A stretch of DNA of 64,000 bases, from contig JBAYGJ010000001.1 of the NCBI GenBank assembly GCA_041666685.1, forward strand, positions 31,749 to 95,748, in the 5' to 3' direction. Position 1 is the stretch's first letter. Each line of letters starts with the position of its first letter. Shown here piece after piece: positions 9,797 through 21,000 of the stretch. Below the pieces are notes generated by a model, which made no database searches, had not been told where the DNA came from, and worked only from the letters and a program-made list of their open reading frames with translations. A program made the position numbers and the translations under genes. The stretch comes from Patescibacteria group bacterium. GTDB taxonomy: Bacteria > Patescibacteriota > Patescibacteriia > UBA10025 > JAHIVO01.

Positions 9797-10438
9797 TTAT
9801 TGGTTCGTATTAGATAGCGTGTTTGTTAAATCATACAATTTCCCGGGGCCGACAGGACTGTACCCATTCTGGACTTCGACACCGTCATCCTTGGCGTCTC
9901 CGTCCGTATCTTTTTTCAACGGATCTGATTTATATACCTTTACTTCTTCCCGGTCAAAAAGTCCGTCGCCGTCAGAGTCAGCTTTCTGCACATCAGTACT
10001 GAGAGATTTTTCCTCTGTATCAGCTAGACCGTCGCCGTCAGTATCAATCAAAGCAGAATTTACCGCGGAAATATTTACCACAACCGGTACGGCATCACTA
10101 TTAACCCCCTGAACCGAATTAGTATTAGTCGTTACCGTATTCGTAGTTTCTTTTGTAAACAATCCGCTCCGCCATGCAGCCATCGCGCCAGCCGCACACA
10201 GTACGACTAACAGCGCTACCCCGGCAATCATGAACCGGCGATTTCCAAAAAACATGCCCCCCGAAGTGCCCGAAACCGCGCCATCCTCCCGCGCGACTGA
10301 TAGGGGCACCACTGGCGATTTAAGTACCGCCGGCCGAACAGCCCGCTTCTTACCCGACGCCGTAACTGCCTTTTTAGCTGCAGCACGGTCTGTTTCCTCA
10401 AAAATATCTTCAACATTTTGTTTCTGGTTTTTCGCCAT
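9797..10438 (-). CDS. Membrane-anchored TSP3-repeat (DxDxDG) protein
   Basis: TM helix then DTDGDGLADTEE, DSDGDGLFDREE, DTDGDAKDDGVE; start set at MAKNQ behind TATAAT-N6. Confidence 0.75.
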   Translation of the reverse strand: MAKNQKQNVEDIFEETDRAAAKKAVTASGKKRAVRPAVLKSPVVPLSVAREDGAVSGTSGGMFFGNRRFMIAGVALLVVLCAAGAMAAWRSGLFTKETTNTVTTNTNSVQGVNSDAVPVVVNISAVNSALIDTDGDGLADTEEKSLSTDVQKADSDGDGLFDREEVKVYKSDPLKKDTDGDAKDDGVEVQNGYSPVGPGKLYDLTNTLSNTNQ

Positions 10439-10445
10439 ACAACTA

Positions 10446-12056
10446 TTATAATGCTGGTGAAGAGGTATCCTGCGCGATGTCAATCTGACACGAACAGTTC
10501 TGGCCAGTCACTGTCGTCACATTAATCGTTGTAATTGCGCTCGTGGTCGAAGACGTCGCATCATACGCAACTGCATACAACCCTTTCGGCGTTGTCGAAA
10601 TGATATCCGTACATACTTCATGCGTTCCTGTGGGGCAATCAAGTGCCGACAATTCAACTGCCCGGGCGGTTTTCACGAACGGTAGCCGCAGGCCAGACTT
10701 CACCATGGCATATGACTTAATCGGGCTTTGAAGGAAAGTCACCTGACTGACATTGAGAGTACCGGTGAATGTTACAGCTGGCGTTGAGGCGACCGTAGAA
10801 GCGAGAGGTCCGCCCCCACCGCTGCTAAATAGATCAACTTTTGTAAGCGCAACATCGTCGGTGGCAGAGATGCTGTAACTCAATGTGCCGGTGCTGGTAT
10901 AGTATGCGCCATTTGTGGGCTGGTTGATGGTCACCGTCGGGGCGCTTGGTGGTACAGTGACGTTGACTGTCCGTGTCGCCGTAGTAGTCAGTGATGCGCC
11001 ATTGTAGGCGATTGCTTTCAAGGTATGACTACCATTGGTGAGCGACCCCACGTTCAACACCCACGTATAATTATGGCTTCCTAACGGCTGGTCATAAATC
11101 TGGGTATCGCGCGGCATTGATTCCAAATCAAGGTAAAATTCTACTTTTATGATGGCGCTTTCGGGATCCGTCGCATTTGCCACCACAGAATAACTGGCCG
11201 TCGACAGCACAGTCCCATCAGTCGCCGGAGCAGTTATGGAAACCTCCGGTGCAGTTGTATCAGGCGTGGTATTGCTCACCGTAACAGTCACTGCCGTAGA
11301 GGTAGTCGAATTCCCTGCCGCATCCCTGGCGACCGCAGTGAGTGCGTGTGACCCAGATGCGGTTGCGGTCGTATCCCAGCTAACAGAATATGGCGCTGAA
11401 GCATCTTCCGCTCCAAGGTTTAAATTATCGATCTTGAATTGCACTCCGCTCACACCGACAGTGTCAGCCGCAGTTGCATTTATTGAAGTAGTCCCAGTGA
11501 CGCTTGCGCCGTTAGTCGGTACGGTGATTGAAACGGTAGGGGCAGTGGTATCGGAAGTAGTCGTATTGATATTAAAGTTGGCATTACTATTGCCCGTCCC
11601 GACTGTAATAGTCGCGGCCGCAGTTGATACAGTCGGATGACCCAGGGCATCTGCCAGTTGAATATCCACCAGATAGAGCCCATTCCCATTAGCTCCGGTA
11701 TTCCACGTGTTGGCATATACATCATCGCCCGCGGTACCGTCGCTGTGCTTACCGTCATCATACAGCTGTATGATGGCGATAGTCCCTCCGTTATCGCGCC
11801 GGATATTTGCCGTGGCCACACTGATGCCCGAAACGTCAGTGGTTTTTACTGAAATGACCACTGACCCCCCCAGTGCCACTGACGCAGGAGTGGCTGTCGT
11901 GCTTTCCAATGTCGGACCGGCTGTGGCGCCTGCGGTATTGCTGTATACTTCCCCGCTGGGCGTATTGGCCGCGCGGACAAATGTGATCCCCGCGACAGCA
12001 AATATTCCCGCCGCAAAAAGAATTATTAATAATTGTGAAATCTTTTTCATAATCAT
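10446..12056 (-). CDS. Secreted Ig-like repeat (Big_7 / choice-of-anchor X-like) surface protein
   Basis: Signal peptide; LYDDGKHSDGTAGDDVY; DTTAPTVSIT...GSHALTAVARDAAGN repeats. Confidence 0.8.
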   Translation of the reverse strand: MIMKKISQLLIILFAAGIFAVAGITFVRAANTPSGEVYSNTAGATAGPTLESTTATPASVALGGSVVISVKTTDVSGISVATANIRRDNGGTIAIIQLYDDGKHSDGTAGDDVYANTWNTGANGNGLYLVDIQLADALGHPTVSTAAATITVGTGNSNANFNINTTTSDTTAPTVSITVPTNGASVTGTTSINATAADTVGVSGVQFKIDNLNLGAEDASAPYSVSWDTTATASGSHALTAVARDAAGNSTTSTAVTVTVSNTTPDTTAPEVSITAPATDGTVLSTASYSVVANATDPESAIIKVEFYLDLESMPRDTQIYDQPLGSHNYTWVLNVGSLTNGSHTLKAIAYNGASLTTTATRTVNVTVPPSAPTVTINQPTNGAYYTSTGTLSYSISATDDVALTKVDLFSSGGGGPLASTVASTPAVTFTGTLNVSQVTFLQSPIKSYAMVKSGLRLPFVKTARAVELSALDCPTGTHEVCTDIISTTPKGLYAVAYDATSSTTSAITTINVTTVTGQNCSCQIDIAQDTSSPAL

Positions 12057-12089
12057 GTATGGTTACGTATTAATTATTATAAATTTAAT

Positions 12090-15000
12090 CTACCTACAGG
12101 CATTCGCATCTTGGCATGGATCGGCGCCCCTGGTAATTGCTTCAACAATACGCTGAATGGCAGGAATCGGTCCTGTCGTCCCCCATGATGAGATATACCT
12201 ATGAATTCCGATCGGCAAACTCGCACCAGCATATAACGTCGTACCATCTGCATATAATGAATACACAGCCTGTTTTCCGGCAATTGTGGTAGATAGCCAC
12301 GTATTCCCGTTATCATTTGAACGGTATACGATGCCATTTGGAGTAGACCCGACAAATATCGCAGTCCCAAATCTTGCAATACTTAAATATGAATTTGCCC
12401 CACCGCTTGGATTACGGTCAGTCCACGTTGCCCCATTATTATTAGTGTAATGGACTAGGCCTAACGCTCCACTGGTCACAACATACAGAGTGCTATTTGC
12501 TTCATTATAATACATATCATTAATGGCCGATTCCGTAGCGGCAAACCTCCCTATATTCGTCCAGGTTACCCCGTCATCAGTTGATCGGAAAACTGCAGGC
12601 CCAGTTGCCGAGCCGGACGTACCGGCATACAAAGCACTCGGCGTGGCAATTAAACTCTCGATCCGCGGATCCGTCACAGAACCCGTCAAAGTCCATGTAT
12701 TTCCCGCACTGAGCGTTGAATACACCGCGCCTCCACCGCCTGCCGCAAAAACTTTTCCGCTCTTATAAGCCAATGGCGATATGGATATATTAAAAGCCGC
12801 GCTCCTGCTCCAGGACTCAGTTCCGCCGTCGCACGTCCTCCAAACATAACCCCGAATTGGACTGTATGCGTTGCCTGATACATACAGACAGGCACCGACA
12901 GGCTGGATATCTTCCAAATTTGTCTGTCCAGCGGGCTGATTTGTGGTCAGTACCCACGAAATTGCATTATTTATGGATTTATACACGACCGCTGCCATGG
13001 AAGTCGTGTTATTTCTGGCAGTAGCGAATAACGCTGTCGGACCGCTGTACGGAGGATTGACAGTGAGCCGAAGTGTTTGTGTATCTGATAGGCCGGTGGA
13101 GTCCGTCGAGGTAAGCGTGATATTATACGTCCCAGCCGTGGTCGGTGTGCCGGTAATACGGCTGCCGCTGAAACTGAGGCCGGCTGGTAGTGGTGCCGCA
13201 GTGAATGTGATCGGCGGCGTGCCACCCGAAGTGATAATCTGGTAGGAATAATAATCACCGACAGACGCGATGCCAGTCAACATACTGATAATCAAAGGGA
13301 CATTGGCCGAGCATTCCAAAGGACATAAATCATTGGACTCTGGCGGAGCGTCGCAGGTCCCGTTGGCATTGCAGATCGGCCGTCCGGGGATATTCTCCAG
13401 CTCAGAGGCATTCATCTGGACATCTCGTGCCTGGATATCCACCCACATCACCGTTTCCTGGTTTGATGTCCATGTCCCGCTGTATCGTCCGGATATATTA
13501 TCGCCGGAAATCCTGCCGAGCGGGATGGAAATGCGCGGAACTAAATCTGTTTCATCGGGATTTTGGACGAGTGCGACTGGAGGTGAGCTCGTATCGTCGA
13601 CGCCGTCAGTGTCGCTGATGTCGGCATAAAAAGTGAACACTGTCCCGACTGCGCCTGTTTCTGGAGTCATAAAGGCATTTTCAATAGTCGGGCCGCCGGG
13701 ACCGCGGACATTATAATTACGTTCAATACTGGTACTGCGGTTACCTCGCGCATCAAGCGCGTCCACCTGGAACGAATGCCAGCCGTCTGAAATCGCCCGG
13801 GTATCCACGACCCACTCTGTCGGCTGGCCTGCCAGGGCTGTCTTACGCAACACATGATCCAGGTAAAAATTTACCCGATTTATTCCATAATTATCCGTCG
13901 CCGTCACCCGGAGGGTAATGGACTGGTCAACAGAAGTCCCCTCATTGGGCGTCGGCGGAGCATCAAACACGACAGTCGGTGCCTGATCGTCGTCCTGAGC
14001 TACATCCACCGGTAAAAATATCGTCGAAGTGGTCACATTACTGGCATCATCAAAGGCATAGGTCGAAACCTGGTGTCCTGCACAGGTCAATCCCGGACTT
14101 AACAGCTGGCATTCGCTGGTCTCATTACATTGGGTCCCGCGCCCATTTGTGACCACGCATCGATCGCCCGACTGCGGACAATCACTGTCGCTGATACACG
14201 CCTGGCCACCGAGTTGGCACTGGCTGGCGCAGACCCCCCTGGACAGGCCGGCCGTACTCCAATTCCAGTCCCAGACGAATGCACACACGCCCGGCGCGCA
14301 GGTAGAATTGTCCGTACATAATGCGTTTGGCGCTACACTACAGTTGCCTTGGGCCCGACGGATACCGTCGCTTTTAAATAGCCCATCCACGTAAAACTTC
14401 ACCTGGTTGACCTGCTTATTGTCCGACGCCACTACCGGCACAGCCACTGTACCGCTCCGCAGACAGATCAGATTATCCGCTGGGGCATAACTGTCTTGGC
14501 ACACCGCGGCAGTATTCGATTGGTCACAGCTAACGTCAAAATTACAACGGGCACCATCAGGGCAGGTATGAACATAATCACATGCCACATCCGGATCGGC
14601 CGGATCTTCTTTCTGACACAACCCCTCGCCGCACCGGCCTTCAATATTATTGAAACTTACCTGTGGAGGAGTGGGATCAAGGTTATCGACATTTATCAGG
14701 ATGGACGTGGTCCCTGTGCGGCCGCCGCTGTCCCTGGCGATCGCAGAAATGGTGTATTGGCCATTGGCGACACGGGTGGAATCCCACGGCGGCGAATACG
14801 AACAACTCAGGGTCGTGCTGGCATTGCCGGAGCACGAATAGCTGTCCCCATTTGAGATATTAATCGTCACGTTATCGACCTGCCGGTTATCCGTAGCCAG
14901 GGCATTGATCTGCACTCCATAGCTGGTCGACGAACGGACACGCAATATCCTGTTACCGCTGTCTGTGATATACAAATAATTTCCGGATATGGCCACATCT

Positions 15001-18000
15001 TCCGGAGCAACAATATTTTCCAGATCCTGCGGTCCGGCATTATTTCCGAAAATAAAGATTTTCCTGGAAAGGTTGGTATCAAGAGCGGAAATGACATTCC
15101 CGGCGTTTTCCGTCACATACACCGTCGATCCGTCAACATGTATCCCGTCAGGGACGTTTAATTGGTTGGGACCATTGCCGTTTATGCCGGTGCCAAAAAC
15201 GGCGCCAGGCACCAGATTTAGGTTGGAGTCCAATTTGAACACCTGGCCGGTGTTCCGTTTGCTGACATACACGTTACCGGCGCTGTCTGTATCGATTCCG
15301 TTCACGCCGTCACTCCCAAAATCATAGTGATGCTCGATGGTATTTGTCACCGGATCGAAAATAACGACTGTCTGGAAATAAATAATTGCTGCAATTTTCC
15401 CGTCCGGGCGTCCGACGGAATGAGTTACGCCAAACTGCGGCAACGCCCCGCCGGTTTCATCCACAGCCCCGAGGTTATAGACCGCCTTTGGCGCCTGGAG
15501 AGGCGTCATGCTCGGATCAAACCTCAAAACCCGCCGGGTGCCCACAGGTGCCGGAGTATACGTTACCAACAGGTCGCCGTTTGAGTGATCCAGGCCGACA
15601 TGCCATGCTATCTGTGAAGAGGGCGATAATCCCAACGCATCAAAATCAAAAGTTCCTAAATCCACGCAACTATCCAGATTGCTGTTGCACCGGCGGAGAT
15701 GCGCCGGATCTTCCCAATAGGTCACATAATAAATATATCCATTGTTAGAAGCCTCAAGGCTATGAATGCCCGCAGTATCCACAGCCTTGTCCGGCAAAAA
15801 CGATATGGTACGGTTGGAAACGGTATCCCCGTCTTTTGGCGATGTAATGGTGACAAACGGATTGGTTGTATCCGGCTGGCCGCTATTGTCGATGCGAACC
15901 GCATATTCCTTGTCCGTCTGATTATCCGCATTATCAAACGCCCGGACCCGGACCGTATGGGCGCCGTCGGAGAACCTAGTTGTATTGAAATCCCAGCTCC
16001 AGATGGCGCTGTCCGTATCAGTAAACGTACGGATACCGTCAACATAATACTCTACCCGGTTTACGCCTGACCCAACGTCTGTCACCGTCGCATTCAGGAC
16101 ACGGGTTCCGCTCACCGCGGTTACGGCATTCTCAACCAGCAAATCGACATCCCCGATGACCGGGCCGACATGGTCAGCAGCTGAACCAGTGACATTATAT
16201 TCATAGTTAAAACACGGACACTGCGCTTCAGTCATACCGACACATTTATCTACTACCGGATCGGCGACCAGATACCACTCCCAATTACCCTCTGCATTAA
16301 CCAATAAATGAACATTTTCCAAATGAGCAAGCAGACTGGCCCGGCTGCCCGTGGCATTGCCCAAATATTGGTAGACAAACGAACCGCCCGGACACTGGTA
16401 TGTTTTTAGCGTTTCATTCCAGCAGGTATTCTGGTCATAGCCCGTGCCGCACAATGTCGGCGGATCCTCCACGATAAACTTATCGTACGGATCGCCCGGC
16501 AAATTGCCGCCGAGTGCCGCCCCAAGCGTCTCCTGCCAGGACGGCCATTTGGACGTGGAAAGCATCTTGACGTATGATCCGCCCTCAAGTTTCGGGAAGT
16601 AACCATTATCGGTGCGGTAGATCATCAGTTTCTCGTAGATGGACGACAGGTCATTGATCCGCCGCATATCGCGCTGGACCTGCTCCTTTTCGGTCTGTGT
16701 GATGTTGATGCTGAATTCCCAATTCTCAATCATCCGGTTGTAGATGCTGACTGTTTCGTCAGACGCGCCCTCGTTATATGAAATCAAATATATATTCGGA
16801 TACAGCCGGCCGAGATTGCCTGGATTCCAGGCGGCGACATACACGCTCCGTCCGGCCCGTACTGCGGCGTACCCATCCACTGTCAGATCCTGGGGTTGTG
16901 GCGCAGCCGGTCCAAACTGGCCATAGTACCAATCGTGGGGCGACTGGTTGCTTTCGTTCTCGTAGACCCGGATGCCGATAGCGTCGTCCGTATCCGCACG
17001 GGTGAAGAAAAATTCCCTGATCAGCTCGTTTTTCTTGTTGCCGAATTGATAGCTCCCCGCTTTGACAATCACGTCGCCAGTCGGCGCCAGTGATGGCAAG
17101 GCGCCGGGATCACGGCAGTACGAGATAGAAAAATTCGTGACAGTATCAGTATATGGGAACGTGTCTGCCGGCACAGAGAAGGGGTTCGGCCACGGGTGTT
17201 CGCACACATTGACCGTCACTCGAGCAGAAGATGTTTTTGTACCGGTGAAGAATTCCGGATCAAATGAGGCATTGACCGTCGTCCGGCCGTTCTTGTTCTG
17301 GGCCGTCAGCCATCTGGAAAAATCCCCCAATGGAGTCAGTTGGGCGATCGACGTATCGCCAATTGAAAAAGTAGCCGTCGAATTGACGGGATTATTATTT
17401 TTATCATATGGTATCGCCTCCACTATATGTTGGTTGCCATTAACAGCACCCAAGTCGTCACTGCAATCTGTCGGTGCGGTACACGTAAATATATCAGGTG
17501 GGTTATAAAATGGGGTATCAGCATTTACGAAAGTCCAGATAACGTGGTCAATCTGACAGATGGACGCCAACGGATCCACATCCCATTCAAATAACCGCCA
17601 GTTGTCCACAATGTTTGTCCAGGTGATGCCCCGCTCACTTTTTATAATATCGGTGCGCAAATTAATATCTATCGCCGTGCCAACATGCAGGGCCACAGTC
17701 GGCGAAACAATGAATCCGTTGATGATTTTCTTAACTGTAAACGCAACTGGCGCAAGGTTTTCGGTCAGGGTGACAGAGTCACCAACGACGACCGAAGTCA
17801 TGTCAATATCCTGGTCAAACTTGATGATAAACGAGTTATTCAAACAGATGAGCGGCGAGTCCGGCGGAACCACGTCAGGCTTGATGGAGACAAACTGCGG
17901 CCGGGCATAACAACAAGTACTCTTGCCGCACGCGATCGTCCCGGTCCCGTCCTCATCGCACTGGGCATCGCCGGTCGCGGTATCCTCATAATCACACCCG

Positions 18001-21000
18001 CAATATAATCCCCGATTGCCGCTGACGCATGCTCCCTGATCAGCAGTACACTTCAGGCCATTTTTATTGAGCTGTACCAGATTGGTCCCGTCACCGTTGA
18101 CATCCGTCGTGCAGCAGGTCAGGCAGGGCGAAGATGCTGGTGGCGGATATACCCGACTCATCACAAGAGGATCCCCCTGGCTATCCGGAGCTAAATGCCC
18201 GTCAGGATCAATGCATCGATACGAACTCGTACCTGAAACAGTCTTCCCTAGCTGACATAACGTCGCATCACGATGCTCCTGGTCATCCAATTTGCATGGA
18301 TCGCCTGGCCCACCTGAACTGCAGGCAGCGTTATCAGCCTGGCATTCGTGATCCAGGCAGCAGCCGGAACTGCATTCTCCGGGGTTATCGCAATAAATTC
18401 CGATATTAATGCCATTGGACGGGCAATACGCCCCAGTGCCATCGCCGACAGAAATCCTGGCCGGACCGGGGTCAGTGTTAACGGGGAGCGTTGCGTCAGA
18501 AAATGTTGTCCCGTCAGCGCTGGCAGTACCGTCCGGGGAATCAATATAACCCGCGCCCTGCGTAAACTCGGCTTTTACCGGTAGCGCGTCGTGTGTAGTC
18601 AGGTTGAACCCCATGAAATCCACCGGGCTGCCGATTCTTTGCACTAACGGAGTAATTGAACACAAACCCGGTACGGCGATATTATTGCATGTGTCATTGA
18701 TATCAAAAGTGATATTTTGGTGGCTGTCATCAATATTGCTCAGCCCGGCCGCAGTTCGGACTTCCACAGAATTCGTTCCCAGGCCGACAGTTTCAGGAAT
18801 GGTAGTGATGATCTGACTGTCCTTCCATGGAGCCGCGCAGAGGAACAACCCTTCATTCGCCACATCGAACAATACCTTGCTTGTGCCGGCCACATAACTC
18901 CCGAAATAGCACCCGTTAATGGTAATAGTCTGGCCGCGCGGACCGCCGGGGACAGGAGGAGGACTGATACTGTTGATCACCGGCGTGCACCGGTTTATAG
19001 TTAAATCGCACACACTGCCGACGCACTGCCCCTCTTTCGCACAATCAAAACCAACATCGCAATAATCCAGAATCACACTCAGTTTGGCCTGGCCGGTCTT
19101 CCCTGCCGTATCAGCCTGTATATATGTATAGCCCGGCGCGACGTCAGAAACGGCTGTCGCGGTTGCTTGGTACGGCGGCTGGGGAGGTGCTGACGCGACA
19201 GTCGCTATGGCCAAGACAGTAGATACCCAATTCCAGCTATAACTGGCCGGATTCATAAAAGTACAGTTAGGACCGAGCGGTACCGAGCTGTAATCCTGGG
19301 TGGCGCCGATAGTGGTCAGAATCCTATTTGACGGTGTCACCAGGACACGGCTAACTGGACAGGCGTCCGTACCTGTCTGCGTCTTCACAGTCCACGCATA
19401 ATCATTCACCATCTTCACATTCGTGATACTGCGGACTTCCTTGCTGATAGTCACTCTATAATAGTGGTCTGGGGTCAGGTCTGCTGTCGGTATCATCCGG
19501 AAACTCGTCTTCCCTGCATCATCGGAGGCAGAAAAATTTACATCTGGTGGGGTGATATCAACCGGTACCGGGTTCGTGCAGGTACTATCATTGGCGCAGT
19601 CATACAGGCCAATAGTGCTGCTATCCAATGTCGCGTGGTTCATCAACGTGGTAAATGTCGCGCCGAATACCGCATTCAGGCAGACATTTGTCGTGCCCTT
19701 ATACGGGTTTGGCGACGGGATGGTGTCAGGCAAGCACGCGCCACCGTCACAGTCAGTAGGATCATTGCAACTATCACCGGCATTGGCCGAGGCTGCATCG
19801 CATGTGAAACTGCAGGCTGTAGTTTCATATACTTTCGGCACACCGCCGCACGGTACTTCAAAAGGCAGGGCATTGCTCCCCCCGTTCACGTTTCGGGCAC
19901 TAACCTTATATGGGTTCTCGGCATTATCAAGATCGGGCGTTGTCACTGTGATCTGGCCATCTGTCCAGTTCGCAAGTGGCGGCACTACTGAAACTGGAAG
20001 ATCAAGTCCCAGAACAAAATTCACGCTACGGTCAGCGGGCGGGTCGAATGTCTCGCCAGTCAATGTCAGCCCCACGCCTTGGACGCCGCATACCGGCTGG
20101 ACCTGGCACAATCCCGGACCGGCCGCCTCATTGGTATAAACAAATGTAACAATATTGCTTCGTGTCCCGTCTGATTTGACCAACTGAACGCCAACCTGAC
20201 TGTTTGCTGGGCAATTAGACCACTTCCCTTCTGGTGCTGTGGCGGGATCGCAAACAGTGGCAATGAGTGAGAGGTCAGGCACTTTTACAATTGCCGATGT
20301 ATTGGTCCAGGTGGCATCACAGGGCGGGTCGGGGGGGGCTGCAGCTAATATTTCATCTCCATTCGACATATCACGGAAAAAAACCTGCCCGGCAATGCAG
20401 TCGTCCGGATCAACACAGAATCCGGCATTTGAATCGTTGCGTTTGATTACCGAAACATACTGGCCAATGCCGCCATGCGGCTGGTCATTAAGCCCGGACA
20501 CTTCGCCGATCTGCGGACTGGTCACGTCGAAATCTGACGCGTTGCTGTCGGTGACACAGCGCCCGCCGGGACAATCCGCCGCTTCATTCAGTTTGGTACA
20601 TGTCCGATTGTCGTTAACGCCGCCTTCGCATACGCCCGGATCGATCGTGACTTTCACGCCGCCGTCTTTTGCGCCATTGGACGGGATGATGCCGCCGATA
20701 TTCACCGGTCCACCAGGCACCCTGGTCTGAATAGCGGTCCCGTTCCACGAGACGTTGCAATTCTGGCTTGGCCAGTTCGCAACACTAAAACAATTCCCGC
20801 TGTCGAGCACGCCGTTATTGAACGCCACATCGCCGCCAATCCCGAAATTAGTGCCATTAATCTGTATCGCCGGGTCAGCCGGGGTGCTGTACCGTCCAAA
20901 ACTCGGGACAATATCAACTATCTCGGGAATACATCGCGTATTGGTTGAATCTGTATCAGCGGTAAAATTCCACGGTTCAGTGGGGAAGGTGGGGTTAGTG

